Assembly (NCBI RefSeq): GCF_964194025.1
Contig: NC_134474.1
Location: 37,510,001 to 37,574,000 of the forward strand
Source: Convolutriloba macropyga
Taxonomy: Eukaryota
Direction: 5' to 3'
Length of the DNA stretch: 64,000 nucleotides
Shown: positions 24,558 through 36,300 of the stretch, in pieces
Numbering within the stretch: position 1 is the first letter of the stretch
How the letters are laid out: each line of letters starts with the position of its first letter
Made by a program: the position numbers and the translations under genes
The notes under the pieces: model-generated
What the model saw: only the letters and a program-made list of their open reading frames with translations
Told to the model about the DNA's origin: nothing
The model's database searches: none

Positions 24558-27500
24558 TGTGATATCTCTTGCTACGGAGTTAGATATCTACTATCGTAGT
24601 CGGCATAATCATACTCTTCTGGAGACCAAATTCCGACTGGTTGAGGTTCTGGTGGGCTTACAACCGGTAATTCAAAGGATGTCTCAACTGCTGGTGGTGG
24701 TAGGGCCTCCTCCTGGATAACCGTTTCGGTTACTGGGTTATTCTGTCTTTGGAGCACACCAAACTCTCGAATCCAAAGTAATCTGGAGCTTTTCTGTTCC
24801 TCTTTGATTTTGAGGTCGTCGGGGTGACAGTCGAAGAGGCTGCTATCGAAGAGGTGGTTGAAGTGTTCGGTTTAGCTGACTTGAGTGACCGACTTGTTCC
24901 GGCTTGAGGTTTGTTTTGTTCCGTTTTCGAGTCGACATAGCCTGAGAAATGTGCTATTCGCCGAAGAATTTCCGGAAGCATTATCAGATTGAGGTCATCT
25001 TTTTCACTAAGTCCACTAAGTAATTGGTCCACCAAAGTCTAGCTGGATTTCTTCGTTAGGTTCAGAACAATTCCGTAAAGGTTGCCATTTTAATGCTGGA
25101 ATGACGGGTTTTAAATTTGTACCATTCTAAGTGCAGGGTTTGCACTGTGTGGTCTTATTGAGGATTTCCCTATGCATGTAGGGCCAGAATGCATATTGAC
25201 TCAGGGTAATCATACCCCAACTGCCTGGATGGGTAAGATGCAATGATTCGAGAACCGCATCCTTTATAGAGTGTGGTATGGCCACACGGTCGTGCACAGA
25301 CGCATCCAGAGCAAACGTGCAGACCTCTCCAGTACGAATGGAGGTAGGGATTGACCTCCTCACATCTTTGTTCACATCGTCTTGGAGGATGCAATCAATC
25401 ATATTCTTTCAAGACTGCATCCTTGCTTGTGAGTACTGCGAGAAATCCCTTTGTGAACAATTGAGTCAAATTGTTCTCAGAGACCTTCTCCTTTGAGAGT
25501 TCCAAGTTTGGCGATGCTGGGCCCTCGTTAGAAGAATGGGTGGAATTGACCGCCGAATTGGCTGTAGACTGAAAGGTTACTCTGCTGTTCGCAGGTGTTG
25601 GTGGAGTTTGTTGTGATGCATGATTGACAGTTTTGTGGCGTGGTATTTATATAAATTGTTGCAATGGCGTCACGAATGCGGGTAATTGTTGCAACCGCCA
25701 TTTCCTCATCATATATTGGTTTGTAACTTTTGCTTTTTGATGTGGTTGGCGAGAAATGTAATCTACCAGCCTCATTTTCGCACCTCGTTTATGTTCAATA
25801 TTAAAATCAAAAGGTGATAATCGATCCACCCAATGAGTTAAACGACTATTGTAGGACTTGTTAGATCTGTATTCCTTCATGATTGAAAGTAATGCCCGAT
25901 GATCTGTAATGATTGTGAATGATTTTTCAAAAATAATATTTAAAATACTCAACGGACCACACCACTCAAAATAGTTTAATTCTTTGACGCTATAACGTTC
26001 CTCATTTGAGTTAAGGAAACGAGACGCCGGGAATGCGACTGTATGCCAACCTGTTGGTGACTGTTGTTCTAATGCAGCTCTTAATCCACCTCTGGATGCA
26101 TCGCGGATTTCCAAACGCGTGTTCTCTGTGGCATTTGCTACTTTGTTTTTAATATGTTGGAAGTGAGTTTCAAGTTCATTATTCCAAATATTTTTAGTGT
26201 TCTTTTTAAGTAAAGGTCGAAAAGGCTGGCATAATTGAGAAAGGTTAGGAATTATTTTCACAAGGTAATGTACAGGTCTGAATAATGATTGTAATTGTTT
26301 TAAATTTCTAGGTGCTGTTAAATTTAGAATTGCTGATTTTTTAGTCTCAAGTGACGCGAATCCAGATTGGGTAAATTTCAACCCAACCATTTTATTTCAG
26401 CGACGTGGCATTTGGGTAATTTTATTATTAAATTATCCTCGTCTAATTTTTGAAGACATTTATAAACTAACTTTAAATTATCTTCTTTTGATCCACGGCT
26501 AACTACTATAATGTCATCTAGAAAACAATGAGGATTATCCAGTCCAACTAATGTGTAATGCATTCTATTTTGGAATGCCGCTAGCATGTCAGTTAGCCCG
26601 TAAAATCCGGTAATAAAACGATATGTACCTGTACCCCCACCGCTAACAATGTTAAAATTGCAACGCCTGGAGGTTTCCGGGTCTAACTTTAGTTGACTGT
26701 ATACGTATTTCAAATCGGGTGTTGAGAATTAAGCTGTTTCACGTGATGCGTTTCTGTTTAAATTTTGTTGTATCGTGTCACATAGATTATCAACATTACG
26801 CATTTGGTATTTGTTTTTGTGTATAGATTTATTTAAATCTTTGTATTTAAAGCTAGTTTAACTGTTTTATCTCTTCAAGTTTTAATCGGAACAACTATTT
26901 AACTTCATGATGTGCTTTTCATCTAATAGTTTTTTTAAGTTCTGTGTTTACTAAGGATTGAAGGTTAATAGGAACTCGGCGTCCTTTTTGATGTGTTGGT
27001 GTAAAATGTTTTTGAAATGTAGATTTTACTGTGTGTTTTAATGATTTATCAATTCGAGAGATTTATCAATTCAGTCAAATGCTATTTGTTTCTTGATTAA
27101 ACATTGGTTTTGATCAATATTTGAGACTTGTTTAGTTTGTGTGAGTGATAGTCCAAGCTGAGAGAAGAGATCTTGTCCAATTATTGGCCTATGACCGTCT
27201 TCAACGACTGTAACATTGACATTTGCAGCTGCTCAATTGTTGCATTTCACTGATGTAATAATTACACCGATGGCCTTGATTAATTCGTTGGAGAAAGTTT
27301 TTAGCCCGTGAGTCTCCGGAGATTGTAACCAAAAGCTTTCTTGTCTATTCAATACTACTGCGTTTGCTAGTGCAAACGCTCCCCGAATCCACTTATCTTT
27401 TTTGTATCTGTGTTTCCGATGCGAATGTTCACATTAACTGGTTCCACTTCTCTGTTATTGTCACTATCAGAAATTACAGCAACACAATTATCATCAAATT

Positions 27501-29342
27501 AATCATAATCAGAGCCATAGTTAGCATCATAAATACTGTATCCTTGGAACATAGTCTCAATTTGATTTACTTGTTCTACCGTGGCAGAAATAGCGATCGT
27601 TGCTGCATTCAGAATTAGTATCATCTACGTTGTTGACCCTTGATTCTGGCTTCATTTGTAATTTTTTCCTTCTACAAACTTTTGCAAAGTGATTTGCAAT
27701 TCCAAAGTTTTTGCAGTTGTTTTCTGCAAGCAGGGCAGTTCTGACGATGACTAGTTGACTATCCATAACCACAGTTTATATTCGTCGAGGGTCTGGCTCT
27801 GTTCNNNNNNNNNNNNNNNNNNNNNNNNNNNNNNNNNNNNNNNNNNNNNNNNNNNNNNNNNNNNNNNNNNNNNNNNNNNNNNNNNNNNNNNNNNNNNNNN
27901 NNNNNNNNNNNNNNNNNNNNNNNNNNNNNNNNNNNNNNNNNNNNNNNNNNNNNNNNNNNNNNNNNNNNNNNNNNNNNNNNNNNNNNNNNNNNNNNNNNNN
28001 NNNNNNNNNNNNNNNNNNNNNNNNNNNNNNNNNNNNNNNNNNNNNNNNNNNNNNNNNNNNNNNNNNNNNNNNNNNNNNNNNNNNNNNNNNNNNNNNNNNN
28101 NNNNNNNNNNNNNNNNNNNNNNNNNNNNNNNNNNNNNNNNNNNNNNNNNNNNNNNNNNNNNNNNNNNNNNNNNNNNNNNNNNNNNNNNNNNNNNNNNNNN
28201 NNNNNNNNNNNNNNNNNNNNNNNNNNNNNNNNNNNNNNNNNNNNNNNNNNNNNNNNNNNNNCATATTCGCAATGAAAACATCTCGGATGATAGATTCCTC
28301 GTGGCTACCGAGATCACAGTTCAATGACAGCTCTACGAGAGATCCGTAGTGTTTTTTGACTGGTTCTCCTTTAAGTTTTTTTTTGAGTTAGGAAAGTATA
28401 ACGATCGGAAGTTATATTTCTCTGCTTGGTGAAGACGTTATCCAAACTCTCACAAAGGTCCTTTGTAGAAATTTGATCAACCTGAATAGTTGGTTCTTGA
28501 GAGCCAAATATCCGACGGCCTTCCATACCAAGGCTAAGATAGGTGAGCGAGACAGCTTTGGTGTCTTAAAACTTCCATGGTCTATCACCGCACAGCATTC
28601 ACGCCGCTTCATTTTTCTGACACTTGTTGAGCCATGCATTCTGAGTTGTTCATTCCGAATTCTGCGGTCTCTTTCGCTTTGAGCTGTGCTATTGTCAACA
28701 TCTTCTTCGTAGATAGGTTAGGGAGGAAAAGTAACTTTATCTGGTGGTGCTTCTCGTAGGATATCGATCGAAATACCCTCTTTAGCAAGTATGGCTAGCT
28801 TCAAAATTATTCTCCAACGTTCCCATCTCAACGGGGGTTCCAATGTCGGCCGTTCCCAAAAGGGTTCTATTCCCAAAAGAGCACGTTTTTTGGTTGCTGA
28901 CTTCGCCATGTGATATCCCTTGCTACAGAGATATGTATTTGAGCCAAGAATACGTAAAGATTTAGTGAAGTTGGATTCGAGGTGCGAATCCACTGTATTC
29001 TGTGAAGTGTAGGGTTACAGCTCTCAATTATATCAGGCAATAGTGTTACGATTGCGGCACTGTTCTAAGACGTGGAATTCCTTCTCGAATCCTTATTGAA
29101 CTATTCGGGTATCAAAAGAGGAGAGATTGAGAACAACTGAATTTCAGAAATAAAGTGATGAGAATGAAAGATAATTTTAAGTAATAAATGGGAAAGCGTG
29201 ATCATACTGAAAACTTGACTTTACAGTCGGAGGTACAGTTTTACCTATGTGAATACATATATGAATAAACTTTTAACTTAGCTAACACAGGGACAACTAA
29301 TAATTTAGTATACTTTGTAAGTTATGGTACAACCGTACCACA
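24558..29342 (-). mobile_element. Decayed Ty3/Gypsy LTR retrotransposon related to the 44893-51653 element
   Basis: 5' LTR 29342-28909 (TG...CA), PBS TGGCGAAGTCAGC, and frameshifted gag/PR/RT (FLDD)/RNase H/integrase remnants. The 3' LTR is reduced to a ~22-bp stub at 24558. TSD CCATC at 24553-24557 and 29343-29347. Spans an N gap. Confidence 0.9.
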
Positions 29343-30733
29343 CCATCGATTAACAATATCAACAATTCCCCTCTGTGTATATGAAAGATAGCTGAGAATT
29401 TTTCAAAACAATCGATTTTTCAGTCAGTCGGTTTCGACACTGAAGTTTTAGATTCAAGCATACGATCATTTCACTGTGGATACTCCCGACTTAAAAACGC
29501 AAAAACTGGTAATTTTTAATTTTGTTCTCAATTTTGTCAAACCGTAACAGCGTTTTTCTTTTCCTCTGTTCCTGGCGAATGTTAGACAAACTGTTGATTT
29601 ATGGGATAAATTCATTTCCGACTCGAGAAGTTTTTAAAAAGTTTAAACTTTCAATGAAAGTCTTCAAGGGCTAAAAGGTCTCAAAATAGTTTTAACGCGG
29701 ACTAAAGTTCCAGAAGCGAGTTCTGGGTATATCCAGCTTTGTTTTAAGTACAAGTATAATCATTGAACTGTTCCCTCCCCTCCCCTCCCCTGGAAAAAAC
29801 ACGAAAAGGTTCCAAAATTTTTTTTTCATTGAAATTTTTTTTGCAGAAATCTTTTAGCATGAATGTCACGTGAGTGAATATGTTTCCGCATACTGAAAAC
29901 TAACAGCCATATCTGAAGTTACTCTGCACGCTGATTCACTTGAAGTTGTTTTGGGAAGGAGAAGCACTAAAAATTTTAATGGTTATGTCTTGTGGTTCAT
30001 ATGACATGGAATGCAATGGGTTCGTTCAAAAGTGACTGTCTACAAGTTGTTGCAAAAGAACCTACCATTAAATATTTTAGAGTTTTTGTTAACGGATGTA
30101 ATTGCAAACTTTTTCTGGCCGAACTTTACAAATATGCATTCTTAAGTGTTCCAAGAACTCATTACAGTTATCGCATCGATTTCAGCACATGATAACCCTA
30201 TGAACATAATGCGGTATCTATGGAATGAATTTGATTTGTGTACAAATTCAATGCTCAAGTTGTTATTCGCCGAGTATTCTCTGGTTTAGTGCTCACATTT
30301 TTTTGGTGCTCTGTCTGGGAAGTTTGGAACATGATAAAGTGCAGCAAACAGAATGCTTGCAAGCAAGCAGACGAATAAAATATTTGAATTTATGAGGTGC
30401 AGAGCCAAACAGGATTCAGAAGGTTGAGATCGACTATAAGGAAAGAGTATAGTCATCAAGTCCATTGAGCTGGGGATGTGAAATTTTACTTGCGTTATTG
30501 ATTATTCTTGTTGAAGTTCAACCAGAACTTCTGTTCGATAGATGCGCTACTACCCTTAAAAAATCATAAACTTTCAAATTAAAATTGTTTTTTTACATGC
30601 CTGCCGTTTATGAACCAAACTTCATCATTTTCTCAAATTGATAAAGTTCGATTTTCTTCAAATGATCTAATAAAAAATGTATCAAAATCCTGTTTGTTAG
30701 TTCAACGTCAATTCGCCTTCAATTTTCGTTTAG

Positions 30734-31348
30734 GACGGTCCCAAATGCGGCCTTGTTGCTTTATCAATTGCAAACAAAATTGACGTCGATGTCATGTTCA
30801 AGTTATGCGTAGACTTGGGTTTCACTCAATTTGGGGAAATGTTTTCTGCAAATTGGATGACTCAACTGGTCAACAACTACGAATTAGATTCTAGGTTCAC
30901 AGCTGAAACTTTTGAAACGACAAAAATGTCGTGGAGTTTGGTTCAACATTGTTTGGATGATGGTGGATTTCTGTTAGTGCCATACGATTTGGGCACCGAC
31001 ATGAAAATAGGGTTCGTAAACGGAACAAGAGCACACTGGGTGTTAATTGTTGGAATAATGTCAACAAACGATGATGATGATTTATCTGCGCAACCAGATG
31101 AATGTGAACAGATTTTAAAGTATTCACACAACGGTCCCAAATTCGTGAATGAGGGAAATTTGAAATATTTATTGGGATTCCATGGGAAGACAAGACGGAT
31201 GTGTTTGTATGGATGGGATGAATTGATAACGAGTAATATGCAGTTACATCAGCCAGGGAAAACTGTGGAAGAAGGATTTGTAATCCCTGAAGAGGGAATT
31301 AATAAAACTTTGAGCGGAAAATTTGTTATTTTGAAACCCAACAAATAA
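30734..31348 (+). CDS. ACTMAP: Actin maturation protease, exon 2
   Basis: Acceptor TTTAG|GAC. Motifs GPKCGLVAL, GFTQFGEMFSA, LLVPYD, AHW, HGKT, SNMQL are diagnostic of ACTMAP/C19orf54. Total about 286 aa. Confidence 0.9.
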   Translation, partial: DGPKCGLVALSIANKIDVDVMFKLCVDLGFTQFGEMFSANWMTQLVNNYELDSRFTAETFETTKMSWSLVQHCLDDGGFLLVPYDLGTDMKIGFVNGTRAHWVLIVGIMSTNDDDDLSAQPDECEQILKYSHNGPKFVNEGNLKYLLGFHGKTRRMCLYGWDELITSNMQLHQPGKTVEEGFVIPEEGINKTLSGKFVILKPNK

Positions 31349-32840
31349 GATATGAATTGGATGCAATTAAGTTTAGAAATTTGTTTCCTGTCCCAGAAAA
31401 ATTACGATCACAGTTAACAGTATTTAGAATTTTATTATACATTGATTACGTGGGTTGACCTAACTTAATTGTACTCAGTGCAAACGAAATTTACTTGATG
31501 GCGTTGTAGCCATCAAACTTTCCATTTACGTTCTATAAAATAGTTTCATTTCACTGATCTATAACTGATGCGGCACTACACACAAGTCTTTATCATGCCA
31601 TTTTGTATGTCTCACCATTGTCTCACCCTTCTCTATTCCAACCCTTAAAAATTGGCGTTGACAGTGGAGAGTTTTTTCACGCAAACTGTTCTTTCTAAAA
31701 ACAAGCTAACTTAAAGCCTACATCAAATTTTACAAATTCCGCGACTTTTTTAACGACTGTAAACAGATTTGGAAACAATTTTTGATAACAAGAGCGCTAC
31801 TTTCATTGTTTCTATCAAGAAATTTTGTCACAAAACATAATTTCTGGATGGAAAAGGCAGTCAGTTAAAGTATACTTCTTTTTTGAAGCTAATATTGTCT
31901 TTTCCTGACTTCCACTTCAAGCTCTCATACTAGATTGTAGCTTCATTCAATGGAGATGTACAATGGAGATTGTGTACAATGGAGATTGTACAAGTCTCAT
32001 CAGTATGTTCTCAATTTATTTAATTAAATCACCGCCAGTTTTTAGAAAAGCAGGAAAACTTTATGTGAAGTTGTTTTTCCGGATAATCAAATTCATATTA
32101 GACTTTATACTCTTAAGGTGGCTCCAAATAAGCGGCAGCTTGATTTAATGGAACACTTGTATGATAGTTCATTATGTTATAGTTTGAATGATATTAACTT
32201 AGGTGAAATTTGCGTTGTTGACAATTTTTTGCAGATTTTTAAACAATAACTGAAATGATGTTACTTTGTTAAGGAAGGTCTAGTATAACAGAATTGTGAC
32301 CGAGTTGCAATTCTAGCAAACAGGAGATCCCGAAAAAATTATATTTTGCAAATCCTGTTTTTATTGCCTGGTTGTTAAATGACGTAATTTTTTGTGCTCT
32401 CCATTAAATCCCTCATTTGATTCGCTTCACGACGTTCAGTGTTGGACTGCGGAATGAGACTAAAGCCGTTTAGATTTGGCAGAAATTAGGTTCCCTAAAT
32501 TTTAACTTAAAAGCAACCTAAAACTTTCGGCAAAAACTTGACATATTCTTAAACTCTAATTTTTGATTGTTGCTCTATTCTTCGACAATATTTTCTTCAG
32601 TTTTATATTTTCTGTAATCTCACAAGCAAACCTTGAAAATCTTGCGTTATTCCAGCTTGTTATTTTGCTTGTTTTACTACCGCAAAATTTTACTTCCGCA
32701 AATTGTTGATTTGGCTGCTTTAAATTGAAAATTCTTTCATTGTTTAATAGCCGCGTCAGAAATTCCAGGCGGCTATTATTGCTATCCTGTTTTTTTTACA
32801 AATCAAAGAATTTGAATTGTATTGGGGCGCTGTGTTTTTT

Positions 32841-33333
32841 AATAGCCACACAGCGATAGCTGTGGCTATTATTGGCCTTCTCATGACTTTTTTTTTATTT
32901 CGTCGTTGCGATTTTTGTTACGACTATATGACGTCACAATCACTTCAAATCTGCTTTTTGTTCATTCGTTCATGCAATTTCAACTGAAGTGCTTGTATGA
33001 CGTCATTTTTCGCTCTTAGTGGAGCGAGTTTTTCGTTCATTCGCGTGATCAAATTTTTGGTCACACTTGACTTACGTCACTCTCAAAAATGATTTCCTCA
33101 CTTTGAAGTTGACTTTTATTTACTTTAATTCAAAGAGATAAGGTCAAATGGATGTGTGTCACTCTAAATGAAGGTTATTTGAGAGCAGCAAAAATTTATA
33201 TAGATTTTTAATCAAAATATACCATATCGGCCTTCAATGAAAAGACGATTTTTTTAATCTGTCTTACTGTTTTTTTTGAGACTGCAGGTCTAAAAAGCTA
33301 TTGCGGCTATTTTCTGGCAGTCTGCCAGCTATG
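32841..33333 (+). mobile_element. HINE-like element nested in a T-run of the family A copy
   Basis: 5' AATAGCCACA...TGTGGCTATT; 3' GCGGCTATTTTCTGGCAGTCTGCCAGCTATG. Host sequence resumes on both sides. Confidence 0.75.
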
Positions 33334-33341
33334 TTTTTTTT

Positions 33342-36300
33342 AAATATGTGTTCACACATTTTTCAATGACTTTGATCTTTCAAAACGGGATAAACAGGTA
33401 AAGCCCAGCGGGCATTGAGTTTCATCAGAGGCCCAAAGGGGGCTTTACTAGTACTCCAAGTGCTTAGAGTGGTGCAGCTGCTGGTATGGGTAAGGTTAAA
33501 AGGTCTTTTTTAGGAGTTTTTGGGCTCGAAATCGTTCAATTTTTAATGTTTTTTGTGATTTTTTTGAGTTTTTTGTTTGATTAGTCTTAGGTGGAAGTTT
33601 TTAAAAGTTGATGAAGGCCTTGTGCGAGAGAAAATTACTTGTTATGACCATTTTATAAGCTATGTGTTTTGGTACTACAAACACTAACACGCAAAAATGA
33701 TACTAATTTTTGCCCTTTTTTCAAGTTTTTTTGAAAATTTTTGTTATTTTTAGCGTTTTCCCGGCTTCAGGGGCCAGTGAATCTCCTTTAAGGTTTGATA
33801 ATATGACACTTTATAGTTTCTAGTAATAATGGATTCGTTTTCAACATTTTAATGTCCCGAATTTTAGCATTCTTTTTGATAAAATCTGCATTTTTTTTGA
33901 GAATTCCTAAAGTTTTTGTCAATTTTTGATATTCGTCCATTCTCAAGTGCCAGAAAACCTATTCCACGGCCTGATCAAAATTTATTGTATGGTGGTTAGT
34001 TTCAATGGTTTTGTTTTCAACAATTAATCTTTTCGAATTTTAAAAATTTTTTTGAAAGAAATTTGCAATTTTTTTCAAATTTTTTCAAAGCATTTGTCTT
34101 TAATTCCTAACACGCAAAAAATGATACTAATTTTTGCCATTTTTTTTCAAGTTTTTTGAAAATTTAATATGTGTTCAATTTAATATGTGTTTTTTTAATA
34201 TGTGTTCACACATTTTTCAATGACTTTGATCTTTCAAAACGGGATAAACAGGTAAAGCCCAGCGGGCATTGAGTTTCATCAGAGGCCCAAAGGGGGCTTT
34301 ACTAGTACTCCAAGTGCTTAGAGTGGTGCAGCTGCTGGTATGGGTATAATTTAAGGTTAAAAGATCTTTTTTAGGAGTTTTTGGGCTCGAAATCGTGCAA
34401 TTTTTAATGTTTTTTGTGATTTTTTTGAGTTTTTTGTTTGATTAGTCTTAGGTGGAAGTTTTTAAAAGTTGATGAAGGCCTTGTGCGAGAGAAAATTACT
34501 TGTTATGACCATTTTATAAGCTATGTGTTTTGGTACTACAAACACTAACACGCCAAAATGATACTAATTTTTGCCATTTTTTTCAAGTTTTTTTGAAAAT
34601 TTTTGTTATTTTTAGCGTTTTCCCGGCTTCAGGGGCCAGTGAATCTCCTTTAAGGTTTGATAATATGACACTTTATAGTTTCTAGTAATAGTAGATTCGT
34701 TTTCAACATTTTAATGTCCCGAATTTTAGCATTCTTTTTTGATAAAATCTGCAATTTTTTTGAGAATTCCTAAAGTTTTTGTCAATTTTTGATATTCGTC
34801 CATTCTCAAGTGCCAGAAAATCTATTCCACGGCCTGATCAAAATTTATTGTATGGTGGTTAGTTTCAATGGTTTTGTTTTCAACAATTAATCTTTTCAAA
34901 TTTTAAAAATTTTTTTGAAAATTTGCAATTTTTTTCAAGTTTTTTCAAAGCATTTGTCTTTAATTCCTAACACGCAAAAAATGATCCTAATTTTTGCCAT
35001 TTTTTTTCAAGTTTTTTGAAAATTTAATATGTGCTCAATTTAATATGTGTTTTTTTTTTTAGTATGTGTTCACACATTTTTCAATGACTTTGATCTTTCA
35101 AAACGGGATAAACAGGTAAAGCCCAGCGGGCATTGAGTTTCATCAGAGGCCCAAAGGGGGCTTTACTAGTACTCCAAGTGCTTAGAGTGGTGCAGCTGCT
35201 GGTATGGGTAAGGTTAAAAGGTCTTTTTTAGGAGTTTTTGGGCTCGAAATCGTGCAATTTTTAATGTTTTTTGTGATTTTTTTGAGTTTTTTGTTTGATT
35301 AGTCTTAGGTGGAAGTTTTTAAAAGTTGATGAAGGCCTTGTGCGAGAGAAAATTACTTGTTATGATCATTTTATAAGCTATGTGTTTTGGTACTACAAAC
35401 ACTAACACGCCAAAATGATACTAATTTTTGCCATTTTTTCAAGTTTTTTTGAAAATTTTTGTTATTTTTAGCGTTTTCCCGGCTTCAGGGGCCAGTGAAT
35501 CTCCTTTAAGGTTTGATAATATGACACTTTATAGTTTCTAGTAATAGTGGATTCGTTTTCAACATTTTAATGTCCCGAATTTTAGCATTCTTTTTAAAAT
35601 CTGCAATTTTTTTGAGAATTCCTAAAGTTTTTGTCAATTTTTGATATTCGTCCATTCTCAAGTGCCAGAAAACCTATTCCACGGCCTGATCAAAATTTAT
35701 TGTATGGTGGTTAGTTTCAATGGTTTTGTTTTCAACAATTAATCTTTTCGAATTTTAAAAATTTTTTTGAAAGAAATTTGCAATTTTTTTCAAGTTTTTT
35801 CAAAGCATTTGTCTTTAATTCCTAACACGCAAAAAATGATCCTAATTTTTGCCATTTTTTTCAAGTTTTTTGAAAATTTAATATGTGCTCAATTTAATAT
35901 GTGTTTTTTTTTAATATGTGTTCACACATTTTTCAATGACTTTGATCTTTCAAAACGGGATAAACAGGTAAAGCCCAGCGGGCATTGAGTTTCATCAGAG
36001 GCCCAAAGGGGGCTTTACTAGTACTCCAAGTGCTTAGAGTGGTGCAGCTGCTGGTATGGGTATAGTTTAAGGTTAAAAGGTCTTTTTTAGGAGTTTTTGG
36101 GCTCGAAATCGTGCAATTTTTAATGTTTTTTGTGATTTTTTTGAGTTTTCTGTTTGATTAGTCTTAGGTGGAAGTTTTTAAAAGTTGATGAAGGCCTTGT
36201 GCGAGAGAAAATTACTTGTTATGACCATTTTATAAGCTATGCGTTTTGGTACTACAAACACTAACACGCCAAAATGATACTAATTTTTGCCATTTTTTTC

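Noticed and set aside
27751-28327. Long ORFs made of X residues (also 60826-61711)
   Set aside because: Artefacts of N gaps.
33376-33435. Possible hammerhead ribozyme (CTGATGA...GAAA on the minus strand of each unit; also CTGANGA at 23693, 45482, 54510)
   Set aside because: Stems I-III cannot be formed around the core, or GAAA is missing or misplaced. An Infernal scan would settle it.
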